A stretch of 64,000 nt of DNA from an uncultured archaeon (GTDB taxonomy: Archaea > Thermoplasmatota > Penumbrarchaeia > JASLWR01). A model generated the notes under the pieces. That model made no database searches. It saw only the letters and a program-made list of their open reading frames with translations, and was not told the origin of the DNA. The position numbers were made by a program, and so were the translations under genes. The stretch spans positions 160,001-224,000 of the forward strand of contig CAYSHM010000001.1 in the NCBI GenBank assembly GCA_964430885.1. The letters run 5' to 3'. Positions within the stretch are counted from its first letter, which is position 1. The number at the start of each line of letters is the position of its first letter. This document shows positions 10,931-19,827 of the stretch, one piece after another.

Positions 10931-11428
10931 CTATGTTTCATCAATCAGCTGATTATAGAGATCATTGTAAGAATCCTTAAGAATTCGGTTAGGAGTAAAT
11001 ATATAAGTCTGTTTTATACTAAGGAATTCAGACAGATCCGCCTGCAAGGAATGGAGGAAATCCTCGAGTTCCTTTTGACTTTTATAGATACAGAATAAAA
11101 TGTGCGTAATCTCTCGGCCCATTATTCTATAAGCGCCGACGACGTTAGGATATTTAATCAATTTTTCTTCGATTCTATTATTTCCTTTCAATTCCCATCC
11201 CTTGGATTTTATTTTTAAATGAACAAAGGATAGAGATTCTAATCCCATTTTATCAGCATCCAATCTGACAAAATATTTATCTATGGTTCCATCGGACTCC
11301 ATTTTCTTTCTAATTTTGCCCACACCAGCGGAAGAAAGATTTAATTTTTCAGCAATTCTTTTATTGGTTGTTGAAGGGCTTTTTACTATTTCCATTAAAA
11401 CCTTTTTCTTATTCTCTCTTGGTGACAT
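10931..11428 (-). CDS. Lrp/AsnC family transcriptional regulator
   Basis: HTH TNKRIAEKLNLSSAGVGKIRKKMESDGTI followed by a RAM-like domain (YRIMG). Confidence 0.85.
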   Translation of the reverse strand: MSPRENKKKVLMEIVKSPSTTNKRIAEKLNLSSAGVGKIRKKMESDGTIDKYFVRLDADKMGLESLSFVHLKIKSKGWELKGNNRIEEKLIKYPNVVGAYRIMGREITHILFCIYKSQKELEDFLHSLQADLSEFLSIKQTYIFTPNRILKDSYNDLYNQLIDET

Positions 11429-11733
11429 AGGGTTCCCCCTTGATTATTACGGCGTAATGTCAGTATTTTTAATTAGCTTTATCATCTAAATTTATATTAA
11501 AAATATTGTAAAGATGTCAACCAAATCCCAAAATGTCTCTTTAAATAGGATTTGAAAAATGGTGTAAAAATATTTTCACTCCTCTATTGTAGGACAATTT
11601 TTCCGATAATATTTAAATATTCCTCATATTAATTATTTCAAATGTATATAATAAAAATTAATAAATAATAGCGAATGACCGGTAACAATAGTGCCGAATA
11701 GTCCTTATAAAAATACCTGAAGCCTATCCTTCC

Positions 11734-12216
11734 TTATATTTTCAAATTCCCTAGAATTAAAATTAACATCAATACTAAGAAAAATATTATATTTACATAT
11801 GTGAACACGGTGGAACTCTTCAATATGAAATCCAATAATATGGAAATAACTAACAAACAACAGCCCAAAGCTAAACTAGTCAATAATAATATTCTTGTCC
11901 TCCTCTTATCCAATGACCAGAATATTTCTTTTTCCATTTCATCTTCATATTTCAATTCTGTCAAGTAACTGGCGCTAGAACGGGAAAATGTAACTAAAAG
12001 GAAACCAAACAGCAACGTTAATAGTATTCCTCCAAAAACACATCCCACTTCAGGTTTGAAAATCAACGAATATATTAGGGATAAGACGGAAAGGAAAAGT
12101 ATTGAATATGCAATAATAACGAGATTTCTCAAATCCTTCTCAACCTCGAAATATTCCCCTCGCCCAATGAATGACATAACCGCCTTCTCCAATTCCATTA
12201 TCTCTTTCTCGGCCAA
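11734..12216 (-). CDS. Hypothetical membrane protein (~4 TM)
   Basis: Four hydrophobic segments; 12 nt downstream of the 505-aa gene, with a GAGG RBS. Confidence 0.7.
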   Translation of the reverse strand: MAEKEIMELEKAVMSFIGRGEYFEVEKDLRNLVIIAYSILFLSVLSLIYSLIFKPEVGCVFGGILLTLLFGFLLVTFSRSSASYLTELKYEDEMEKEIFWSLDKRRTRILLLTSLALGCCLLVISILLDFILKSSTVFTYVNIIFFLVLMLILILGNLKI

Positions 12217-12228
12217 TTAAATCCCTCA

Positions 12229-13746
12229 TCAAATTAAAAATTCCCTGCAATTACTACATATCTGTTCATCAGCCTTTAGGTCGGAATTGCAACAGCTGCA
12301 GAAAAATTGATCCGAAGGATCTTGAGCACCGCAGTTAGGACAGATCCATCTCTCATTTAAAAATGGTCTGGAAAACCCAGTGCATTTCCTACATATGCCC
12401 AATCGCTGGTATCTCTGGATTTTCTCTTCCTCATCATATCCCATTACCAATCTGAACAATGCTAATTTGATATTCTTTTTTCCCTTTTTGCCACGGTTTC
12501 CGATACCCATGCCTTCTTCATTATCATTACCTTTGAAGAGAATATCTACCATTTCATATTGATTAAGGTAAGGTTTCCCCATTTTCCAGGAGATATAGGT
12601 TTGATCGTTTGGAGGGAGGGTTTCTAAAAATTCCCTGGACAGAGTTTCATAGGATTCTTCCCGCTCATCATCAATTTCACGACCCAATAAATTATCTAGA
12701 ATACTTCTACTTTCAAAGCTTTTATTGCTGTCCCTGTCCGTACCGAAACCTTCAGGACGATATAAGTAGAAAAGCTGGTCATCATTATCTATTACAATTA
12801 TCGCCTGCCATCTAACAATTGTAGCATCTTTTCCGTCAATTTCCTCATTACTTTGGCTTCTAGCGTTGAAGAAGAGATTGCCGTAATCCGGTTCGATTTC
12901 TTCAATTTTCTTTTCTGAGAAACTACCTTTTTTTTCTTCTTCCTCTTCGTTATAATCCAAATGAATTTTTATATAAATTAGCTCATATCTGTACATCTGG
13001 ATAGTTGGGATGACCATAGGGTTGTGCTCCCCTTCTTTTAATTCTGCCAATTTCATGTTATATCTATCATTAATCACCCTTTTCTCCTCTTTGATCAATT
13101 CGTTATAACTAAACAATTCAAGCAGTTCACTTTTCAGATCGATGTCCTTAATTAGGTCAATTACCAATTTACCTAAATGACTATCTTTATCCATTTCAAA
13201 CTTGGATAATAATTGCTTAAGGGCCCCTTCACTTTGATGACTTGTGGAACCGATGTCATTTAAAATTTCTGACAAACACCATTTTCTCCAATTGAACAGT
13301 TCTTTTTTGAATTTGCCCTTCAGATCCTGGCTGTTCCTTAAATGCTCTTCTATTTCTCTGAAATTCATTATCAGGGGGTAGCTATTATCAATATCCTTGA
13401 AAGTGAAGCTTTCTAATAAAAGTCCGGAGCTTTCCAAATATGAAATTCCGATGTCGAAGTCAGCCGCAGCGAGATCAATAATGCATTCCGAGCATGCAGG
13501 AAAAGTTCGGTTCAGTAGGCCAAATACCATTATTTCAGTACTAATATATGGGTGCCTTAGATCACCGCATTCAGGGCAGAATCGCCGTTGAGTTAGCCCA
13601 ACTATAGTTTTTTCAATATTTTCCTTCTTATCCGGCTTCTTTTTCATGATTTTCACAGGTCCGTGCCCGCAGTGCTCACAGTAATAATCCTTGCAGAATC
13701 GGATCCGTGTACAATGACTGCAGTAGGCCAGAAAACCTATAGTCAT
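12229..13746 (-). CDS. Hypothetical protein with N- and C-terminal double zinc ribbons
   Basis: CSHC/CEHC/CPEC/CSEC at the N-terminus; CRKC/CPNC/CSCC/CSNC at the C-terminus. Confidence 0.75.
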   Translation of the reverse strand: MTIGFLAYCSHCTRIRFCKDYYCEHCGHGPVKIMKKKPDKKENIEKTIVGLTQRRFCPECGDLRHPYISTEIMVFGLLNRTFPACSECIIDLAAADFDIGISYLESSGLLLESFTFKDIDNSYPLIMNFREIEEHLRNSQDLKGKFKKELFNWRKWCLSEILNDIGSTSHQSEGALKQLLSKFEMDKDSHLGKLVIDLIKDIDLKSELLELFSYNELIKEEKRVINDRYNMKLAELKEGEHNPMVIPTIQMYRYELIYIKIHLDYNEEEEEKKGSFSEKKIEEIEPDYGNLFFNARSQSNEEIDGKDATIVRWQAIIVIDNDDQLFYLYRPEGFGTDRDSNKSFESRSILDNLLGREIDDEREESYETLSREFLETLPPNDQTYISWKMGKPYLNQYEMVDILFKGNDNEEGMGIGNRGKKGKKNIKLALFRLVMGYDEEEKIQRYQRLGICRKCTGFSRPFLNERWICPNCGAQDPSDQFFCSCCNSDLKADEQICSNCREFLI

Positions 13747-13858
13747 GATGAATATAATCCATTTATACTTTATAATATTTTGGTAGCATGTGTGCTGGAA
13801 CCAAGTAAAAATAAGAAATTTAGTATGTTGACGATTATTTTGATGTTAAGGCGAAAAA

Positions 13859-13955
13859 TGGGCCCGCCCGGATTTGAACCGGAGTTAATGCCAATCAGGA
13901 GTGCTTTTTCATCACTTCCCCAAGGCACAAGGATACCAAGCTACCCCACGGGCCC
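13859..13955 (-). tRNA. tRNA-Pro(GGG) with 24-nt intron at 37/38 (13894-13917)
   Basis: Reverse complement GGGCCCGTGGGGTAGCTTGGTATCCTTGTGCCTTGGGG|AAGTGATGAAAAAGCACTCCTGAT|TGGCATTAACTCCGGTTCAAATCCGGGCGGGCCCA folds as a cloverleaf; usual position after rpoN. Confidence 0.93.
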
Positions 13956-14015
13956 ATCAGAGAATGAACATCAATAGATGAGCAAATATTTTGACCGTGA
14001 TGGACGAATGCCTAT

Positions 14016-14210
14016 TCACTCGTATTTCATCAGGTCATCTATGAGGTCGACATGAGCCAGGAATATTCTGCGGCAGCAATAATTTTCCAGTTTCAAGGAA
14101 TCCATTGCTTCCTTTGAATTTTCCCCCATCTCATTTATTCGGTATTTATACTGCTCATATAAATGACCAATCACCTTGCCGCAAGTATAACATCTAACTG
14201 GAATTATCAT
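14016..14210 (-). CDS. rpoN: DNA-directed RNA polymerase subunit N (Rpo10)
   Basis: [14 protein letters not shown]...YCCRR signature. Confidence 0.97.
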   Translation of the reverse strand: MIIPVRCYTCGKVIGHLYEQYKYRINEMGENSKEAMDSLKLENYCCRRIFLAHVDLIDDLMKYE

Positions 14211-14252
14211 TTTTTTGCCCTCGCGATGATTTGATATGTAATTATTTATTGA

Positions 14253-14663
14253 TTATCTGTAAGATTTCTGTCTCTTCTTTCTAGCCCCTCTTCCAAGCGG
14301 ATGTTTGGGTTCCTTTCTTCTTGTATCATTGACGAGCAATGTACGGTCATATTCCAAATAATGCTGTTTCAGTACATCGTCATTAAAATACTCCACTAAT
14401 GATTTTGCAATAGCTGTCCTAATAGCGTCGGTCTGCCCCATTATACCTCCACCTTTAACGTTAACAGAAATGTCAATTGTATCTTTCCTTTCAGGAATAA
14501 AATTGAGGGCCTCTTTGATCTTTAATCTTGCTAGATCGGTACTATAATGCTCCAGGGCCATGGAATTTATCCTTACAATCCCTTTCCCTGGTTTGACTCT
14601 GGATACTGCTATAGCGCTCTTTCTTTTTCCACTGGATATCACAATTTTATCTTCCTTGGCCAT
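14253..14663 (-). CDS. rps9: 30S ribosomal protein S9 (uS9)
   Basis: GKRKSAIA, VKGGGIMGQ, C-terminal GARKKRQKSYR. Confidence 0.97.
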   Translation of the reverse strand: MAKEDKIVISSGKRKSAIAVSRVKPGKGIVRINSMALEHYSTDLARLKIKEALNFIPERKDTIDISVNVKGGGIMGQTDAIRTAIAKSLVEYFNDDVLKQHYLEYDRTLLVNDTRRKEPKHPLGRGARKKRQKSYR

Positions 14664-14665
14664 TT

Positions 14666-15088
14666 TTACTCACCCGATCCTTTTGCCCCAAGATGCAAAG
14701 AAACTTCACCAAGTGTAATATATTTTGGTGAAGTAAGCTCCATTGCCTGCTTGATCTGAATTTTATTAACATCCTTCAACTCATCTGGAATTCCCATATA
14801 TACCTGAAGTTTTGAAAAGGCATTCTTTCCTTTTTGCTTCTTGATGGGCAGCATCCCTTTTACAGTTCTTTTGAATATTCTATCTGCCCTCTTTGGATAA
14901 AAAGGTCCCTTTCTTCGATGAACCAATTCCCTTTTTTTCCGATATTTATCTATTATCATGGATTTCTTACCGGTAATTATTGATTTAGAAGCATTGACGA
15001 CCTTGATCTCAGTTCCTTTCAATAGTTCCTGCGCGATCAGAGATGCCACTCTGCCGAGAATATGTCCTTCTACATTGATCACCTTCAT
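14666..15088 (-). CDS. rpl13: 50S ribosomal protein L13 (uL13)
   Basis: GHILGRVAS, GPFYPKRADRIFKRTVKGMLP. Confidence 0.96.
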   Translation of the reverse strand: MKVINVEGHILGRVASLIAQELLKGTEIKVVNASKSIITGKKSMIIDKYRKKRELVHRRKGPFYPKRADRIFKRTVKGMLPIKKQKGKNAFSKLQVYMGIPDELKDVNKIQIKQAMELTSPKYITLGEVSLHLGAKGSGE

Positions 15089-15092
15089 TCTC

Positions 15093-15455
15093 TCACCCCA
15101 TAATCCTTACTTCCTTACCTTTTGGATTCATGTTCACCAAGGTGGAAATGTCGATTACCTGGCCGCCAGCTTTCCTTATTTTTTCCTTTGCCATCTTGCT
15201 GGCCTTCACGGCAGCGACGGTCAATGAAAAATCGATATCTCCAGTTCCCAATAATTTACCAGGTACTACGATTGTATCTCCTTTTTGACAGTTTTTTGAA
15301 ATTTTGAATATGTTTACCTCTGCCCAATTATTGAGAGGTTTTTCCAATCGCTTAGCAATATCTCTCCAAATGGGTGCTTTTTCTGTCCACCCAACCTTTT
15401 TAAGGTCATTAATCAATTGTACCATCAACGGATTTGTTTTTTCCTTCTTCTTCAA
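15093..15455 (-). CDS. rpl18e: 50S ribosomal protein L18e (eL18)
   Basis: KTNP, APIWRDIAKRL, VVPGKLLGTG, AKEKIRKAGG; TTG start with AGGAGG RBS. Confidence 0.96.
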   Translation of the reverse strand: MKKKEKTNPLMVQLINDLKKVGWTEKAPIWRDIAKRLEKPLNNWAEVNIFKISKNCQKGDTIVVPGKLLGTGDIDFSLTVAAVKASKMAKEKIRKAGGQVIDISTLVNMNPKGKEVRIMG

Positions 15456-15849
15456 ATCGGCCCCTCCTGTGAAAATATAATCCCGAATTCTATCAGTTAA
15501 TCATTATTCTATCCTATTAATGACATATTGTTTGCCGAACTATGCGACCACCCTAAAACAGAGATATTATTTATTAACTTATTGTATATTTATTATATGA
15601 TGGATTTTTTATTTCTACCCAATAGGTGTTTAAATCAATAGTACATCACGGCTAGTTTAGTAAAAATAATTTGAGAATAAATACCATTTCCGGTCTATAA
15701 ATGACCCGGTTTACAATATGTGTTATTTAATATTTTTGGAAACATATGGCAAACTTTAAATAGTAATATTCGTATTATTTCAGCAAATATCATGGAATGC
15801 AGTAATTATAAGAACCATGATAATAGTTAAAGAGAAATGAGGTGAAATA

Positions 15850-16251
15850 ATGCCAGAGTTAGTAAGCGCAAATAAAGTAGAGATATTATTTGATGGGGCC
15901 CCAATAGCTGGGATAAAAGGATTGACCTTCAAGGTATATAAGGACAAGAGGGAGATACCTGCCATAGGTTCTCCGGAAACATTCGGATATTCCTATGGTA
16001 AGCTGCATATACGAGGCCAGGTCCTGGTTCATTCAAACAGTAAATTTATGAACGAGCACATGGAATCAGACACAACATTTCAGATAGTCGTTATGATGCC
16101 TGCAGATCCATATCAACCGGGTGTTGATGGGATTATGAAACAGATGACCTTCGACGAAGTTCATGTGGATGATAGGGAATTTTCTCTGGATGCCCATGGT
16201 TATGCAATAACGACCTATACATGGTCTGCAGTAAGGGTCAGAGAAGAATAG
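15850..16251 (+). CDS. Phage tail tube-like protein (XkdM/Hcp-type fold, CIS-associated family)
   Basis: 133 aa, alternating beta pattern; DGAPIAGIKGLTF...REIPAIGS...GKLHIRG...TFDEVHVDDREFSLDAHGYAITTYTWSAVRVREE resembles myophage/CIS tube proteins; GAGGTGA RBS. Confidence 0.7.
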   Translation: MPELVSANKVEILFDGAPIAGIKGLTFKVYKDKREIPAIGSPETFGYSYGKLHIRGQVLVHSNSKFMNEHMESDTTFQIVVMMPADPYQPGVDGIMKQMTFDEVHVDDREFSLDAHGYAITTYTWSAVRVREE

Positions 16252-16452
16252 ATGTTCGATATATCTACTCCTTATTGAATAATCAGGAGTAATGTCCCTC
16301 TCACTCTTCAATCAGTGAAATGGTGGATTTTGTCCTCATTAGGCTCATCATATAGATTTGGAAGATGTGAGGGGGTCGATTTTATGGAATCTGTTGCAAA
16401 TCAGTTGCAGCGGGCAACGCAGAATTAATGTTAAATAAAGAGGGAATTATGG

Positions 16453-19400
16453 ATGAAATCCTTTAATGATGAATCCCACGGAGAAAAAAATATTTCAACT
16501 TATTTGGATGAGCTATTGACCGTAGGTGATGAAGAGGATTTCAATGGTTCCGATTTGGAAGCTTTAGGACTCCTTAATAATCTTGGCATGGCTTCATCTG
16601 TAATGAATACGCCAATGGCTTTTAATATTGATCGGGGAGCCTTCCCTTCACTAGATTTTGTGAAACTGGATATGCTACTTTTCAACGATTTAATTAATGA
16701 TGTACAGTTGGAAATGAGCGAGGTTGTTTATGAGCAGCAAATGAATTTCAATGAGCTCATTACAGCTCTTAGATATTTGACGAATAGAAAATTTGTAGTC
16801 CCTCTTTCTGGAGGTTTTGGCCAATCAGATCCAATAGGGACCAAAGGAAAGGACGTAATCCCTGAAGATAATCGGGTTGTCGGATTCCGGGAGCGTTCAT
16901 TGGGAATGCTCAGGGAACGATTGGCAAATAAGAACGGAAATGTTTCAGTTTTATTACCGCTATCTGAACCTGATGAATTTGAAAGCGGACCTATTTCCAA
17001 AGATGGCGACCCTGAATTAGATATTTATTACATAGATATCGACGAACAAAATTTATCTTCTTCAATGGATATTGATCAAACCGACATTCAAATAGACCCA
17101 TCAAAGCCCTTTAAGGATATTCGTCCATCCAGAAAAAAGCGTTTTTTAAAAAGAAATTTGAGAGATAAAAAAATTGACCCCTCATTACCCTTTTTAAGAT
17201 CCTCAAATCCCATTTCAGACGTTGAACGAATACCTGAAGATAGAATACTGCAATCCATTAAGGGTAAAGAAGAGCTGTTGGATATGAGCTCCGCTCTATT
17301 TTATCTGTCCCAATCAATTCAGTTGGATGAAGGGGAGATTATTGATGATGGAGATTCATATTCATCAGAATATTCGCGGGAAATATATGATGGTGATATT
17401 GAACAGGATATAAAAGTTGCAGATTCTATTAAGGCATCTTCAAAAGATCCAATGGCGGTTTCCAAGATAACCGCCTTGGAATCTGCCAGGTTTCCTTCAA
17501 AAGATCTTAAAAATCCGAGGTTGTCTGGAGTGAAAAAAGGACCAAATATCGTTAAAGCAATAAATATGCTCGGTTCTGCTGCTACTATCACCCTTGTTCC
17601 CTCGGTCAATGAAGAGCAGAATATATTACCGCCTCCTTCCCATTCCTATTCAGATGCAGCAAATCTAACTTCAGATAATATCAGGGGCATCAATGAGTTA
17701 AGAGTGCCGGCTTTCCAGCAGGGCGGATTTGTAGAAAAGACCGGGTTGGCCTATGTCCATGAAGGAGAAGTTGTGATACCGAAGGAGCATGTTGCCAAGG
17801 TTTTACCGCAAGGTTCCCCCACTGGAGGCCACCAGGGCAGTTTGCCTACGGTGCCTACAACCAGCGGCGGTCAACAAATGCCTTCACCTCCTCCATCAAA
17901 TATGGGTCCGATGGCCCCTTCATTGACAGGAATATCCCAATTACAGCAGGCGTTGAATGGAATGGATGGGGTTAATCGTGTGAAGCCGGTCCCGCCCAAT
18001 TCATACGCCCCCCCTACTCCATTACCTACTTCTAGCGGATTGCCTAGTCAGCAGCCCACCCCACCTACGTCCGTTCCTCCTTCCGGCGGATTGCCTAGTC
18101 AGCAGCCCTCCTCTCCCACATCATTACCCACTTCCGGTGGGATTCAAAGCCAACAGCTAGTCCCGCCTACATCTTCACAATTGAAGTTCTATCCGCGCCC
18201 TTCAGACCCCACACCTCCTACTCAATCAACTGGTGCTGCACCGCCCATCGAACCAGGTAATAATTCGCCTGCACCACCGACCGGCTCGCAGGTGACCCCG
18301 CCGCCTTCTTCAGCAAACCAACAGGTATCACCTGGAGATTCTCCTCAAACTGCACCTACTGGCCCCGGCAGGGCCGGTCAATCCTCACCAACAGATACCG
18401 GAGCAATAGCCCTGTTATCCCAGAGTGCAATATCGGTGAACGAAATGGCCCCATCAAGGGCCAATGTTGTCCCTCCTGCCTCACCGGGTGGTACTCCAAC
18501 TGCTCCAACGGGTAATGCCACTCCAGCAGGCGGGCCGTCTCCAGGGCCATCTTTCCAACAAGGACCTTCAGGTTCTCCAACAGGTAATGCCGCTCCAGCA
18601 GGTGGCCAGTCTCCGGCACCGCCTTCCCAACAAGGGCCTTCAGGATCCCCAATAGGTAATGCCGCTCCAGCAGGTGGCCAGCCTCCGGTACCGCCTTTCC
18701 AACATGGCCCCTCGGGAGCCCCGGGACCTGCTAGCCCTGCTCCCCCCGCATCAGCAGTAGCAATGCTCGCCCAATCAGTTTTCCAGATGGGTAAAGGTAA
18801 CATTCCGATTATAGGGGGTTCACCTGCAGGAGTGGCGCCCTTTTCATCAGCCTCCCAAGCGGCTCCGCTTCCAGGTCAACCCATAGGGGCTAGGGAGCTT
18901 TCATTTGGAATAGGTGCTAGGGCCTCATTGGGAAATGCTATAGCTGTGGGAAATGCTATGCAATCTCCTTTGGCCCGTTTGAAAGCAATGGAACAAATGG
19001 GTGAAGGGGCCACGGGTGCTCTTGGCACTGTGGCTGCACCGAATATGGCTCTTGGAGTGTTTCCTGGTAACCTAAATGCAGTTTCGCAAGCAGTGAGCGG
19101 TAATTTGCCCATGGGGCCGGGGGTAGGACAATTGCCTCAATCTCCGGAACTTAGCAAATATGGTAATCTACTGAAAGGAATGGCCGATTCGATGGGCGGC
19201 GGGAACCGTGTTTTCAATTTCAGTATCGGCGGTTCAGATGTGAATTTAGCCACGGGAGAAGTATTGTCTAGTATTTCACCTAATATTCCCACTCTAAAGG
19301 GCAAAGTTGTCAATGGTTTTGCCAAGGATATTACTTTTGAATTCAGCAGGACTGGAGTCCGTCCAGCTTCGATGACTCCTCTCAGCAAGGATGATGGTTT

Positions 19401-19827
19401 TTTTGTATCCGGCAAGGGTTTAGTAGATGAATTTCCCTCCACTAATGTACCAACACGGCCGTTGTCAATGCCCGCTGTCAGGGATGCGAACGTCAGCAAT
19501 GTATACGGCGGACAGAGGATAAAACCGGCAGCTACAGTGGATGGTTCTACCTACCGCAGGCTCCCCACTTATCCGGAGGATGGTGAGAAGGAGGCTTCCA
19601 ACGTTATATTGAAGGAATCACTTGAGGTATTGAGGAGTTTAAAGGATCAGCATCTGGAGAAAATGACCAAGGTCGAGAGAGAAAAGGCCATAGACCGGGG
19701 TGTTGATTCCAAACTCAAGGAGATCAATGAATCCGGCAATGATATCGGTATTGGTAAGGAAGAGCTGTACAAGGCAGTCGAAGAACTCTTGAAAAAAGAA
19801 GCTAAAAGATATGGATTGGTGCTTTGA
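16453..19827 (+). CDS. Large low-complexity protein with phage tape-measure C-terminal motif
   Basis: PAFQQGGFVEKTGLAYVHEGEVVIP (17707-17781), long P/G/S/Q repeat region, C-terminal helix EELLKKEAKRYGLVL; lies between tube-like and gpU-like genes. Confidence 0.6.
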   Translation: MKSFNDESHGEKNISTYLDELLTVGDEEDFNGSDLEALGLLNNLGMASSVMNTPMAFNIDRGAFPSLDFVKLDMLLFNDLINDVQLEMSEVVYEQQMNFNELITALRYLTNRKFVVPLSGGFGQSDPIGTKGKDVIPEDNRVVGFRERSLGMLRERLANKNGNVSVLLPLSEPDEFESGPISKDGDPELDIYYIDIDEQNLSSSMDIDQTDIQIDPSKPFKDIRPSRKKRFLKRNLRDKKIDPSLPFLRSSNPISDVERIPEDRILQSIKGKEELLDMSSALFYLSQSIQLDEGEIIDDGDSYSSEYSREIYDGDIEQDIKVADSIKASSKDPMAVSKITALESARFPSKDLKNPRLSGVKKGPNIVKAINMLGSAATITLVPSVNEEQNILPPPSHSYSDAANLTSDNIRGINELRVPAFQQGGFVEKTGLAYVHEGEVVIPKEHVAKVLPQGSPTGGHQGSLPTVPTTSGGQQMPSPPPSNMGPMAPSLTGISQLQQALNGMDGVNRVKPVPPNSYAPPTPLPTSSGLPSQQPTPPTSVPPSGGLPSQQPSSPTSLPTSGGIQSQQLVPPTSSQLKFYPRPSDPTPPTQSTGAAPPIEPGNNSPAPPTGSQVTPPPSSANQQVSPGDSPQTAPTGPGRAGQSSPTDTGAIALLSQSAISVNEMAPSRANVVPPASPGGTPTAPTGNATPAGGPSPGPSFQQGPSGSPTGNAAPAGGQSPAPPSQQGPSGSPIGNAAPAGGQPPVPPFQHGPSGAPGPASPAPPASAVAMLAQSVFQMGKGNIPIIGGSPAGVAPFSSASQAAPLPGQPIGARELSFGIGARASLGNAIAVGNAMQSPLARLKAMEQMGEGATGALGTVAAPNMALGVFPGNLNAVSQAVSGNLPMGPGVGQLPQSPELSKYGNLLKGMADSMGGGNRVFNFSIGGSDVNLATGEVLSSISPNIPTLKGKVVNGFAKDITFEFSRTGVRPASMTPLSKDDGFFVSGKGLVDEFPSTNVPTRPLSMPAVRDANVSNVYGGQRIKPAATVDGSTYRRLPTYPEDGEKEASNVILKESLEVLRSLKDQHLEKMTKVEREKAIDRGVDSKLKEINESGNDIGIGKEELYKAVEELLKKEAKRYGLVL
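18013..18165 (+). repeat. 3 x 51-bp degenerate tandem repeat (17 aa)
   Basis: PTPLPTSSGLPSQQPTP / PTSVPPSGGLPSQQPSS / PTSLPTSGGIQSQQLVP. Confidence 0.8.
18505..18720 (+). repeat. 3 x 72-bp tandem repeat (24 aa, consensus PTGNAAPAGGQSPAPPFQQGPSGS)
   Basis: Units start at 18505, 18577 and 18649, each containing ggtaatgcc-ctccagcagg. Confidence 0.9.

Noticed and set aside
16252-16428. Tail-assembly chaperone ORF via TGA readthrough (MFDISTPY*IIRS...QN)
   Set aside because: Needs stop readthrough, product unrecognisable, no SECIS seen, and TGA is a normal stop elsewhere in the window
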